Position numbers and translations under genes: made by a program. A stretch of DNA of 64,000 nucleotides from NCBI GenBank assembly GCA_964016885.1, contig OZ024745.1:52266001-52330000 (forward strand), written 5' to 3'. Source of the DNA: Eledone cirrhosa (lineage: Eukaryota). This document shows positions 1 to 11,967 of the stretch, in pieces. A model generated the notes under the pieces. The model saw nothing but the letters and a program-made list of their open reading frames with translations. It was not told the origin of the DNA and ran no database searches. Positions within the stretch are counted from its first letter, which is position 1. Each line of letters starts with the position of its first letter.

Positions 1-270
1 AAGTGCTTTTGAAAAGCCTCGCACATCTGCTTAGGTTCAAGGATCACCTGTCCATCCTGGTCTCGCAAAGAACAGATAGTGTATCTACTCCCTCTTTTGA
101 TTTCTGTCACGCGGGCCCAGCTAACAATTTTGGTCCGCTCGTTTCCCAGAGCACGTATTTTGCTTCGGACGATGCAGTCGGCTAAGAAGGTTCTGTCTAT
201 TATTCGGTGATATAATTATCATGGTATTGTATGAATGGATTTATTTTCCCCATTAATATGTTGCGTTATT

Positions 271-460
271 GTGGATTGGCAATATCAGTAGAGGGTCGGG
301 CGCCATGCTTTGAAGCATAGAGTTACCTCCCTTTATGATCTGAGTTCAAATCCCGCCGAGGTTAACTTTGCCTTTAATCCTTACGGGGTTGATAAAATAA
401 AGTACCAGTAATGCACTGGTATAATTGCTGGCCTGGTGCCAAAAGTAGAAACAGTTATTA
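271..460 (+). mobile_element. tRNA-derived SINE (family A, Meta-domain-like body)
   Basis: A-box-like TGGCAATATCAG, B-box GAGTTCAAATCCC, body TTTGCCTTT(C/A)ATCCTTACGGGGT(T/C)GATAAAATAAAGTACCAG, tail AAAAGTAGAAACA(A/G)TTATTA; about 9 copies in the window. Confidence 0.85.
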
Positions 461-1925
461 CCTATGTGATAAGATGTTTTAGTACAGTAGGTTATCTCTA
501 CATTGTGTAGAAATAGATAGTTTTCTGACAAATTCTGTTAATATAGCTATGCAAATGGTTTTCATTATCTACATCGGCATATTCTGTTTAAACATTTCAT
601 AAAAAAAATCATTTCATGAAGAAATTAGTCTATCATTGCTCAATTAATAAAATAATCATAGATTATTTCATTACAGACTAGAATTCTAACTAAAAACAGC
701 GTCAAGCTTCCGAAAGCACGAAGGTAAAAGAGACAGTTTGTCGCTCTAGTCTACGTGACAGACACTTTAAATTTATTTATATTGAATATATACGGCTAAT
801 TAGATTCACGAAGTTCCCTAAATTCCATGAAAAAACAACGTAGTATTTTATTAAACGGCAGCATATAATCAGTGCAATTAAAAATGTATACAACGACATT
901 GTTTGAATACTAATGTCATAATTACGAAAAGGATTTCTTTCAATAAATAAGATTTATGTAGTATCTCTTCCAAGTGAGCATGATTTATTTACTTTCTTTT
1001 CTATATTAGACAGGAACGTGATGAGAATAAAACAGCTAACAACAATTCTCAATATCAACAGTGATATTTATTTCATTATCAAATTCAGGATCGTGAAATA
1101 TAACCTATATGCACATATATCACAACATAGTGAGATAAATAATATCAAAATAGCTGTTTAGTGTTTTCATTTTTAAAATCGTATATATAATGAATCATTT
1201 ACATTTTCCCAACTAGACGCTGAAATCTAGATTTTTGCGCTAATGTTGAAAACATATGAACATGAAGAATGTAGGTTTTAAAACATAAAATCATCAGTTT
1301 TTGTGAGGCTTTTTCAAAACAACGGATATCAAATGTCATCAATATCTATTGAAAATATATGACATTATTGGATATTTTATATATCGATACATTTAAACCA
1401 ACGTGCCTCGGGTCTGTTTCCGCCCAAATCCTCAAAGAAGGGATGTATATCTAAGGCTGTAGACCAAAGGTTCTCAACCCTATGTTTCCATTTTTCAATA
1501 TACTACTGATTTTGATGTCAGTAGGTTACTGGGCCGAATCATCTTATGTTAGAATCTTTAAAAATACTCGTTAAAATTAAATATAAAAAAGTTTCAGTCC
1601 AAAACAAAAGCAAACTATTTCAAATTATATATTTTTGAAAAATAGACATGAATGTTCTCAAAGATTTGATCTCAGTCGAGAAAGCGTATTTTTTTTTAAA
1701 TCTATATTTCACTGTTAGCTGTTGTAAAATTTTGAGTGGATAGACAATTCTACAATTCAAACTATGAAGTAAAAATACAAAATATGAAGAATTTCTTACC
1801 TTTCTCTGGTTACACAAACTCAAGGGAAAAATAGTACCTTGCAAAATAAAGTGCCTCGATCACAAACTTAGTTGCAACGAATGAATTGAGATGCTTAGTG
1901 ACCGCGAGCAAACAATATCTGTATC

Positions 1926-1928
<3 letters not shown>

Positions 1929-1974
<46 letters not shown>

Positions 1975-2007
1975 GAGAGATACACACACATACACACATG
2001 CGCACGG

Positions 2008-2073
<66 letters not shown>

Positions 2074-2110
2074 ACACACACACACATACACACAGACACA
2101 CACAAACACA
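1929..2110. repeat. compound (TA)n/(CA)n microsatellite
   Basis: Direct read; representative of dozens of such tracts in the window. Confidence 0.95.
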
Positions 2111-2359
2111 AACAAAATTTGCGTGCCTTGTTTTTGGTACAGAAAGAATTTTGACTCCAGTTTTTATTGCCACGTCAAAGGCCACTGCTCTTTACAGCAA
2201 CGTCAAATAAAAACGCCATATATATATATATACTTAGGGTAAACATGGATGCAATTCAATTCAAGCACTCAACGTACTTATTCCACATAGGAGTGACGGA
2301 GTAAATATCGAAAAGGAAAAGCGAAGTAGTTTCAGATGTTCAAGTCTTTTAATAATAAT

Positions 2360-2433
2360 GCTGTGATATATATTTCAATGGCGACAGTGTCCACACTGTT
2401 CTGTATGCCAGTGTCGCGACATCTTCAGACAGC
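2360..2433 (-). ncRNA. type I hammerhead ribozyme
   Basis: Minus strand GCTGT-CTGAAGA-stem II (GCGACA/TGTCGC)-GAAA-TATATA-TC-ACAGC. Confidence 0.8.
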
Positions 2434-3518
2434 TTGTTACATAATAAGGTTATGTTTCCGAGGCAATCCAAATTGAATCGACATGGGAACGGACGGAGTG
2501 TGTGCTTTTGGGTTCTTCATCTGTTCCACTGTGAGTACGAATTCCCCCCCACCGGTCTTCGCAGGCGCAGGTCCAGAGGAAGTTGACCATTAACTACCGC
2601 ATATTTCAACGAAATTCGCTTAGTCAGTTCCCCCTCTCAGCCAAACAATGATCCATTCAGGCTTGTACCGTAGTTTACTGTTACCCATCTCGTCTGTGGC
2701 AGTCATTTTGCATATATGTACTATATGTGTTTTTGCATTTATTCATTATTGGTTCTTTTCTCTTGTGTACTTTATATCTGTTTTTTTTTTGTTTGTTCCA
2801 TGTGATGGAAATTATGACTATGTACTCGATTGAATACTGCCTTTCATACTGTAATTTACCTTCCGTTCTACTGTACGGTACTGTCGTTCTGTATGTGAAT
2901 AGTGTAACTGTGGCATTAGTACCCCTTTCATAACTCTTACATAAACATCTCTGTGCATATTATTTACTCACTTCATCTATGTATTTTTTTTACTCACCTC
3001 AATCCCGATTCTCACTTGAACTTTTTTTTAATTTCTAATTGTTAATTTTTTTATTTTTTTATTTTTTAATTTATAATTTTCTAATATTTGATTTAGGATT
3101 TTCGATTTTTAATTTTTATTTTTATTTCCAACTCTCACTCATAACTTCCAATGTGAAACCATGATACCTAGAATTAAGTATATTTTCTCTTAGGGGTTGA
3201 TGTACTGTCCATGCTTGGTGAGAGATAGTATTGTGACCTGTAAATACTAACACTCTCCCATCCCCTCTGGCTATCGGCTGACTGCCACAGACGGGATGGG
3301 TAGCAGTAAACTATGGTACAGGCATGAATGGGTCATTGTTTGGCTGAGAGGGGGAACTGACTAAGCGAATTTCGTTGAAATCCGCGGTAGCTAAGAGTCA
3401 ACTTCCTCTGGACCTGCGCCTGCGCAGACCGGTGGGGGTGAATTGGTACTCACTTCGACGGTTCCCATGTCGATTCAATTTGGATTGCCTCGGAAACATA
3501 ACCTTATTATGTAACAAG

Positions 3519-3590
3519 CTGTCTGACGATGTCGCGACACTGGCACACAGAACAGGGTGGACACTGTCGCCATTGAAATATATATCACAG
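3519..3590 (+). ncRNA. type I hammerhead ribozyme
   Basis: CTGT-CTGACGA(3523-3529)-stem II GCGACA/TGTCGC-GAAA(3575-3578)-TATATA-TC-ACAG. Confidence 0.8.
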
Positions 3591-3776
3591 TGGATTGGCA
3601 GTATCGGTAGAGGGTCGGACGCCATGCTTTCCAGCATAGTTACGTCCCTTTACGATCTGAGTTCAAATCCCGCCGAGGTTGACTTTGCCTTTCATCCTTA
3701 CGGGGTCGATAAAATAAAGTACCAGTAATGCACTGGGTAATTGCTGGCCTTGTGCCAAAAGTAGAAACAATTATTA
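3590..3776 (+). mobile_element. tRNA-derived SINE (family A), nested in a PLE pLTR
   Basis: Full match to 271-460; interrupts the inverted-repeat arm, which resumes at about 3771-3807. Confidence 0.85.
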
Positions 3777-4067
3777 TTAAAATATTTGAACATCTGAAAC
3801 TACTTCGGTTCATGACATGGTAAAAAAAATCAAGTCATTTGCGCCAATAAGTATCATACAATTAGTACAGTCTGTTTTGTTATAGCAATATTGCTTGGGG
3901 AGAGTGAACAGATATACATGTGTGTCTGAGAGAGTGTTTGTGTCTGTGTATGTATGTGAGTTTGAGTGTGTGTGCGTGTGTGTTTATGTTTATCAGAATA
4001 TATATATATATATATAAAATAAAATAAGATAAATAAGTCAATTGTTTAACATTTGGCTTCGTTTATT

Positions 4068-4124
4068 ACTGCTATATATATATTTCGGTGACAGCCATCT
4101 TTGGCTGTCACCTCTTAAGGCAGT
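4068..4124 (-). ncRNA. degenerate hammerhead ribozyme (inverted pLTR copy)
   Basis: Reverse complement of 6222-6276 but the core reads CTTAAGA. Confidence 0.6.
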
Positions 4125-4446
4125 CCGAATTAGTGTGGTAGAGACGAGTACACATGTTTGTGGGGTGTATAATTGGGGTCAATACGCTGATATGCCCAGT
4201 TCCTGGTTGGGTTGTTATTTCACTGAGGAACTGGAATCATATGAATTTAAACAAACGAATTTCAGCGTCAAAAGGCCTCTTCTCCTCTCATTGGTCACTT
4301 GTTAGAACATTCCTCAGTCAAAAGTCTATAGAAATTCGTATTCCACCACGAGAAATCTGGCCCAACACATAGCTAGCATCAACAGGAGTAGGCTTAAAAA
4401 CCACACACAACCAGAATATGGCAATACAAGCACTCAGCATAACCAT

Positions 4447-5007
4447 GTGAAAGGAGAGAAGGGGGGACCCAGTTTCCCACCCAAGAAACCCAAACATACC
4501 CGGGGACCCCCACCGTGCCTGGGGGAAGACCACCATGTAACATTTAACGGGAGCCCCAATCTAGGCACGCAGAGGTTGACCACACTCTGCAATTGCAGAA
4601 ACCCCGAATCATGCCCCCTTGGTAATGGATGCCTTAAGAAGAACCTAGTATACGGTTGTAGGGTTAAAAACCCCAAATCCGAACACCTCTACATAGGAGC
4701 CACATCAACGAGCTTTAAAGACCGCTGGTATAACCAGCGCCATTCCTTCAATAAGGAGGCCGAAAGGAAAAGTACGGCCCTCTCCGACCTGATCTGGAAG
4801 CTTAAGCTGGACAAGACCCCGTACTCTCTGGTCTGGTCCATAATCAGGAAAGTACCACCCGATAAAGGGGGATCTTGCATATGCAAACTATGTCTGAACG
4901 AGACCTGGAAGCGGCCTGATAAACCCCAGAACCTACTTCTTCGGGACATGCAGACACCTCAGGGCTGGGACCTTCCTCAAGATATATGGACAGTAGCAAC
5001 AAAATAA
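4447..5007 (+). pseudogene. PLE GIY-YIG endonuclease remnant
   Basis: CNCRNPESCPLGNGCLKKNLVYGC..LYIGATSTSFKDRWYNQRHSF..STALSDLIWKLK..CKLCLNE: CxCx5C knuckle plus GIY-YIG, as in Naiad-like PLEs; no RT upstream. Confidence 0.85.
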
Positions 5008-6221
5008 GATGTGAACTCCCCTCAAGCTATATGGACTTCTCCAGAACATGTAGACACCTCTCGGCCAGACCTCCCTCAAATTATATGGGCAGTTACAACA
5101 CCATAGGTTGGGAACTCCCCTCATGCTATAGGGCCCAACCCAGGCTGAGCAGACACCATGATAGCCTAGTGATTAATTCTGACTTTATAATTTGGCCAAC
5201 ATCTTTATAACACACACACATTTTATTTGATTATCCTTATTCGTTTTACTCTTTTACCATCTTGTTTCTCCTACTACTCTATCCAACATATTTGTGACCT
5301 TGAGATTGGTTATAGCACACTCCCATTTTATCTTATTTCATTTGAATCTTCATTTTTATTTAAGACTTTTCATTTTCATTTTTCATTTTACATAATCATT
5401 TGTCATTACTTTTTCATTACCTTTTCATTAATATTTCATTTATTCTCTATTTATTATTTATTTTCTGTTTTCTTCATTTTATTGCCTTCTATTTCTTCAT
5501 ATACATGGCAGAACTCACCCCCCCCCCCCCCCCACACACACAACCACCAACACCACGGGAGATGGTGGCAGGAGGAATGAAGAAACACACACACAGATAC
5601 TTCTAAATTGTTAGCAGCAGCAAGACATAAGCTGACCACAACACCAACAACACTTCCAAAATAAGGGTAGAGGTCAGATGTACTTAACAATAGCAAACAC
5701 AAACACTACAGGGAGCCTCACCCCAGAAAGAATTTCTATAGACTTTGGACTGAGGAATGCTCTCAAAACTGACCAATGGGAAGTTTGATATTAAGATCTG
5801 TATAACATTGAGATGGATATAACACAGACAGACATTTTATTCGATTATTTTATTTTATTTTGTTCCTTTACCATCTTATTCCTTCTACTACTTTATCACT
5901 TTTTTTTTTAGCTGACTCCAACAACAACACCACTACCAACATAAGAATAGAGGTCACATGTACCTAACAATAACAAGAACAACAACTACAGATTGGCTTG
6001 CCTCAGGAAGAATTTCTATAAACTTTTGACTGAGGAATGTTCTAACAACTCACCAATGAGAGGAGAAGAGGCCCTTTGACGCTGAAATTCGTTTGTTTAA
6101 ATTCATATGATTCCAGTTCCTCAGTGAAATAACAACCCAACCAGGAACTGGGCATATCAGAGTATTGACAAAGTTATACACCTCAACAACATGTGTACTC
6201 GTCTCTACCACACTAATTCGG

Positions 6222-6276
6222 ACTGCCTGAAGAGCTGACAGCCAAAGATGGCTGTCACCGAAATATATATAGCAGT
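6222..6276 (+). ncRNA. type I hammerhead ribozyme
   Basis: ACTGC-CTGAAGA-stem II TGACAGCCA/TGGCTGTCA-GAAA-TATATA-TA-GCAGT. Confidence 0.88.
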
Positions 6277-6451
6277 AATAAACGAAGTCAAATTTTAAAC
6301 ATTTGACTTATTTATTTTATTTTACATTACTCCGGAGTAACCAAACCAACCTGCGCACTTCGTCGAGTGCTCCAATCTGCATACTCGGGTGTGGTATACA
6401 ACCAACATATACTCAAAATGTATATATATAAGTAAATATAATGTCTCATTG

Positions 6452-6508
<57 letters not shown>

Positions 6509-6511
<3 letters not shown>

Positions 6512-7330
6512 CAATGAAACAACAAACAGAGGTACAAATATTATTATTACTTTGAAGCTTTATATTGGAAAGAGGAAATAAAGTTCGATGTGCCGGGCTT
6601 AGACCCGTCTTCAGCAGTACAAATAGAGACAGGCTCACAATGGAGAAACAGAAATAAGGTCCAGTAAAGACACACAAAAAAATAAAAACGAAAATGAGAA
6701 GGGAAAAGAAAAAAAAAAGCCGATAGATAGTCTTGGTAACGTGTAGGGACGCAAAGTGGGGTATGTGTGTATTAGTACTGTTGTATGAGTGAGTGTAAGT
6801 GTAAGTTTAAATATGTGTGATTTAAAGGTAAAATGTGTAAAGGAACAAATATAGTGAGTGTAGGTGTATATCCATGTGTTGTTAGTGGTAGTGGACATGC
6901 ATGTGTGAATGAATGTAAGTTTGAATGTGTGTGCTGTTTATGAGCGTTGAAGTAATTTTCTGTGTGTCAATAAAATATCGGTAGTGTAGCGTATGTCTGT
7001 AAGAATAATGGATTATTATGTGTGGAGTGTATGATAAATTATAACGTGTGAATGTATGTTGAAGTTTATAATGTGTACGTGAAAAGTATATAGCTGTGGT
7101 ATGTATGTAAGTGTGTATGTATTAACGAGTATTTGTCCTAGGGTAAAGGGCGTAGTTTAGAGTGTGATAGAGAGTATATGAAATATCAGATTAAAGGAAG
7201 TTGGGTGGCGTATTAAGGTGAGGGAAGAAAGGTTTGTAAGGCGAAAATAAGTTGCTGTTCCCTCCGCCAGCGCAAATCAGGGAGTCCGGCACAAATGGCG
7301 ATCCCAAAGACAATGATGTGATGTATATAT
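6509..7330 (-). mobile_element. degraded 3' end of a Neptune/Poseidon-type PLE
   Basis: Minus strand 7200-7330 translates to HIIVFGIAIC..RWRREQQLIFALQTFLP..LNTPPNF (GIY-YIG C-terminus); decayed HHR CTGAAGA-CGGG/CCCG near 6590-6620; ends at (TA)n. Confidence 0.55.
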
Positions 7331-8943
7331 TTCATTAAAAAGATCCTGTTGGATTGCAATATATTCGTTTAATGTTACACAATACGCATTGATCTAGTTG
7401 GGTTATATCATTGACTATACGCAAGACATCGGTAACGTCATCCGGTGTGGAATCAGCATAGAAGATTCTAAAAAATATTTGTGTAATCCTTAATGTGTTA
7501 CCACAAAATATAAACAAAGATGTTATATGGTGGTGGCCCGGTCAGCGCGGCGCGTGGCCATAATACTATAACCCAGTAACGATTGCTGAATGAAATCGTT
7601 TAAATCTGTTATGTTAATTTCACCTGATGTTTCATGGTCCGATGATGTCAGACGGCCATATAAATATGTATTATGTAATCGTATATTAGCACCCAGCCTT
7701 CACATTTAATCAGAATATGTAGCTTTGTTTCTGCACCAACCACGTAACTACGCATTGTTAATGGATGGTTTTGCTTATTGCATGACGTTCTGCAAATTGG
7801 AATGACTAGATCTACCCATCAGTTAAACCGTCCAATATAGGATTTATTTTCCACATAGTACCTGGATAAAAACAATACTATTATTAATAAGTAGAGATGA
7901 AAGTAATGCATGCACGATTTCACAGCCCTAGCATCACTTCTTCATAGTAAGCGTAAGAAGTTTTCAGCCTATTCTCGGATATATCATCGAGCGATCGAGA
8001 GAGATAGAATGATAGAGAGAGATTTAGTGAATGAGCGAGTGAGCAGGAAAGACCGGCACACTGCAAGATTACAAGACGGAGACAATTAAAAAATCATCTT
8101 GAGTGAATGGAGAAAGTGAAATATCGTTACATGTAGATATATGATCTCACATTTGCATAATCTGAACGTATGAATCTATCTATGGCAATATATAATGTCT
8201 AGGGATGTTCGACACTCAATTAGTAACTACACATGGCAACATAAAATTCGTTTTATTGCAGGTATTGAAAATATTTCGCAACTAATTAATTTATACATTC
8301 ATCTTTCTGGGAACCGACTCACTTCCATCTCATATTCTATTTAAATGTAAATCGGGCAAACTAATTGAAGTAATTAAATTTTACGCAATACAAGGTTTAC
8401 ACATAGTTCACAATATTTACCAATCTGGAGGCCATTTTACACAAACCTTGGCAGTAACAATTAATCTGAAATAGAGTAAACGTGAAGAGGCTGAAAGAAA
8501 AAAGAAGAAAACACAAAGTTAGTTACGAAAAAGGTCGAAAATGGCAAATTCCTTTTCAAAGGTTTTATCGCTAATAGAAAGGCAGAAAGGTTTCGAGTCT
8601 GCCAACTGGCAGTAGCTTCGTGGATGAAAGCCAATAGGCTTATAGCCAATATACAATACGTAATACATGCACGGTTTTATTACAGTGTGTAGTTAGGAGA
8701 AATCTTTACTGAATTTACTGAAATATGAATCAAATTAATAAAAGGTTTTATCGTTTCAACTGACATGGAAATACAATGAAAAACTAAGTTCATGTATATA
8801 CAAAAGTAATTATAATTTTAAACAATATAGACTTCATAGCCAAAAGTTCCATTACACCAGAATTTTGCTTTATAACTTCAGATGTCTCTCATATGTGTAT
8901 GTTTAGATATTCATACAACAAATATTTAAGGAAATATATCTCT

Positions 8944-8995
<52 letters not shown>

Positions 8996-9016
8996 AGGCA
9001 TCATAGCTACCATCAG

Positions 9017-9149
<133 letters not shown>

Positions 9150-9279
9150 TATTATATATGTGTGTGTCTGTGTGGGTGTGGGTGTGTGTGTGTATATGTG
9201 TATGTGTGTGTGTGTCTACGTATGTGTGAGTATGCCAAAGGTAAACAAAAATAACAACAATCGGTACAGTCTATGACCA

Positions 9280-9640
9280 GGAAATAGATGTTCTTATACA
9301 CGCCAGAAACAAAACTCGACTATGTACAAATGACACACCATGAGATAACAAAATCAAACCCAGGCGACCCACTCGACGTCTCGATGATGCCGTATGGCAG
9401 AAGAAAGATCTTTGATTTACTTGGATGTTTATCCATTTTTTACTCACAAGAAGATATTTCCACACTACACCATTGTCCGATATCGGGATGGTTGCTAAGA
9501 TGCCTCCCATGACAACAATAACCTTTGTATAGGCATGTTCCATAAGAACCCAATACAGACCTTCAGAGACATAAGGATGCAAATATAATCGTAGAAAGTA
9601 ACTTACTTAAAGCGAATATCTTAGACGTTAATTTAGATTT
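9280..9640 (+). pseudogene. degenerate PLE reverse transcriptase fragment (Naiad-like)
   Basis: Frameshifted motifs IDVLIHARNK, PLDVSMMPYGRRKIFDLLG, RYRDG and IIVESNLLKANILDVNLD are collinear with ILTARRT, FDITMGSSDSAQVTDLLG, LYRDD and VNFLDVTLNL of the RT at 62090-62986. Confidence 0.6.
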
Positions 9641-9736
9641 ATTCTGTATGTTTATAATAAACATTTTGAAGACCTAATCGCTATAGAATAGAATACGTCA
9701 CGTATTACAATTAGATTCTCGATAAAAGCAAGGGAA

Positions 9737-9779
9737 GTAATCTACGCGTTTCATTCTTATTAGAAATCTTCAGGACTAC
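9737..9779 (-). ncRNA. minimal type I hammerhead ribozyme (310-bp unit)
   Basis: Reverse complement of 10412-10454. Confidence 0.85.
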
Positions 9780-10046
9780 ATATCCAGTGCTTTTATCGAG
9801 AATGACACAGCTAGAGACTTATAGAATACTTAGCTGTGTACAGGAACTGGTTTGAAAGAGCGGTTGCCGGTCCGGCAGAAATTAGAAATTGGAATAAACG
9901 CTCTGAAATAGCGATATATATGTGAATATAGACATAGAATATTCGAAAATATTCTGTATGTTTATAATAAACATTTTGAAGACCTAATCGCTATAGAATA
10001 GAATACGTCACGTATTACAATTAGATTCTCGATAAAAGCAAGGGAA

Positions 10047-10089
10047 GTAATCTACGCGTTTCATTCTTATTAGAAATCTTCAGGACTAC
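10047..10089 (-). ncRNA. minimal type I hammerhead ribozyme (310-bp unit)
   Basis: Reverse complement of 10412-10454. Confidence 0.85.
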
Positions 10090-10411
10090 ATATCCAGTGC
10101 TTTTATCGAGAATGACACAGCTAGAGACTTATAGAATACTTAGCTGTGTACAGGAACTGGTTTGAAAGAGCGGTTGCCGGTCCGGCAGAAATTAGAAATT
10201 GGAATAAACGCTCTGAATGTTTATTATAAACATACAGAATATTTTCGAATATTCTATGTCTATATTCACATATATATCGCTATTTCAGAGCGTTTATTCC
10301 AATTTCTAATTTCTGCCGGACCGGCAACCGCTCTTTCAAACCAGTTCCTGTACACAGCTAAGTATTCTATAAGTCTCTAGCTGTGTCATTCTCGATAAAA
10401 GCACTGGATAT

Positions 10412-10454
10412 GTAGTCCTGAAGATTTCTAATAAGAATGAAACGCGTAGATTAC
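10412..10454 (+). ncRNA. minimal type I hammerhead ribozyme (310-bp unit)
   Basis: GTAGTC-CTGAAGA-T-TTCT/AGAA-T-GAAA-CGCG-TA-GATTAC; stem I extended by a perfect 16-bp helix 10388-10403/10461-10476. Confidence 0.88.
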
Positions 10455-10721
10455 TTCCCTTGCTTTTATCGAGAATCTAATTGTAATACGTGACGTATTC
10501 TATTCTATAGCGATTAGGTCTTCAAAATGTTTATTATAAACATACAGAATATTTTCGAATATTCTATGTCTATATTCACATATATATCGCTATTTCAGAG
10601 CGTTTATTCCAATTTCTAATTTCTGCCGGACCGGCAACCGCTCTTTCAAACCAGTTCCTGTACACAGCTAGGTATTCTATAAGTCTCTAGCTGTGTCATT
10701 CTCGATAAAAGCACTGGATAT

Positions 10722-10764
10722 GTAGTCCTGAAGATTTCTAATAAGAATGAAACGCGTAGATTAC
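10722..10764 (+). ncRNA. minimal type I hammerhead ribozyme (310-bp unit)
   Basis: Identical to 10412-10454. Confidence 0.88.
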
Positions 10765-11031
10765 TTCCCTTGCTTTTATCGAAAATCTAATTGTAATACG
10801 TGACGTATTCTATTCTATAGCGATTAGGTCTTCAAAATGTTTATTATAAACATACAGAATATTTTCGAATATTCTATGTCTATATTCACATATATATCGC
10901 TATTTCAGAGCGTTTATTCCAATTTCTAATTTCTGCCGGACCGGCAACCGCTCTTTCAAACCAGTTCCTGTACACAGCTAAGTATTCTATAAGTCTCTAG
11001 CTGTGTCATTCTCGATAAAAGCACTGGATAT

Positions 11032-11074
11032 GTAGTCCTGAAGATTTCTAATAAGAATGAAACGCGTAGATTAC
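11032..11074 (+). ncRNA. minimal type I hammerhead ribozyme (310-bp unit)
   Basis: Identical to 10412-10454. Confidence 0.88.
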
Positions 11075-11341
11075 TTCCCTTGCTTTTATCGAGAATCTAA
11101 TTGTAATACGTGACGTATTCTATTCTATAGCGATTAGGTCTTCAAAATGTTTATTATAAACATACAGAATATTTTCGAATATTCTATGTCTATATTCACA
11201 TATATATCGCTATTTCAGAGCGTTTATTCCAATTTCTAATTTCTGCCGGACCGGCAACCGCTTTTTCAAACCAGTTCCTGTACACAGCTAAGTATTCTAT
11301 AAGTCTCTAGCTGTGTCATTCTCGATAAAAGCACTGGATAT

Positions 11342-11384
11342 GTAGTCCTGAAGATTTCTAATAAGAATGAAACGCGTAGATTAC
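11342..11384 (+). ncRNA. minimal type I hammerhead ribozyme (310-bp unit)
   Basis: Identical to 10412-10454. Confidence 0.88.
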
Positions 11385-11651
11385 TTCCCTTGCTTTTATC
11401 GGGAATCTAATTGTAATACGTGACGTATTCTATTCTATAGCGATTAGGTCTTCAAAATGTTTATTATAAACATACAGAATATTTTCGAATATTCTATGTC
11501 TATATTCACATATATATCGCTATTTCAGAGCGTTTATTCCAATTTCTAATTTCTGCCGGACCGGCAACCGCTCTTTCAAACCAGTTCCTGTACACAGCTA
11601 AGTATTCTATAAGTCTCTAGCTGTGTCATTCTCGATAAAAGCGCTGTATAT

Positions 11652-11694
11652 GTAGTCCTGAAGATTTCTAATAAGAATGAAACGCGTAGATTAC
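11652..11694 (+). ncRNA. minimal type I hammerhead ribozyme (310-bp unit)
   Basis: Identical to 10412-10454. Confidence 0.88.
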
Positions 11695-11816
11695 TTCCCT
11701 TGCTTTTATCGAGAATCTAATTGTAATACGTGACGTATTCTATTCTATAGCGATTAGGTCTTCAAAATGTTTATTATAAACATACAGAATATTTTCGAAT
11801 ATTCTATGTCTATATT

Positions 11817-11967
<151 letters not shown>

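Larger units (their letters stand above)
2233..3807 (+). mobile_element. non-coding Penelope-like (PLE) 3' remnant with inverted pLTR arms
   Basis: 2322-2705 is the reverse complement of 3279-3807 (right arm interrupted by a SINE at 3590-3776); each arm has an HHR; abuts (TA)n at 2218-2232. Confidence 0.75.
4015..6455 (+). mobile_element. 5'-truncated Penelope-like retroelement (Naiad-like) with 5' inverted pLTR
   Basis: 4015-4337 is the reverse complement of 6010-6324; GIY-YIG remnant inside; HHR in the pLTR; (TA)n on both sides. Confidence 0.85.
9640..10217 (-). repeat. inverted part of the 310-bp HHR tandem array (about 1.9 units)
   Basis: ATTCTGTATG at 9641 and 9951 (period 310); reverse complement of the 10216-11827 unit. 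Confidence 0.95.

Noticed and set aside
271-460. tRNA gene
   Set aside because: A/B boxes are present but followed by a SINE body and tail, with multiple diverged copies and TSDs; no cloverleaf
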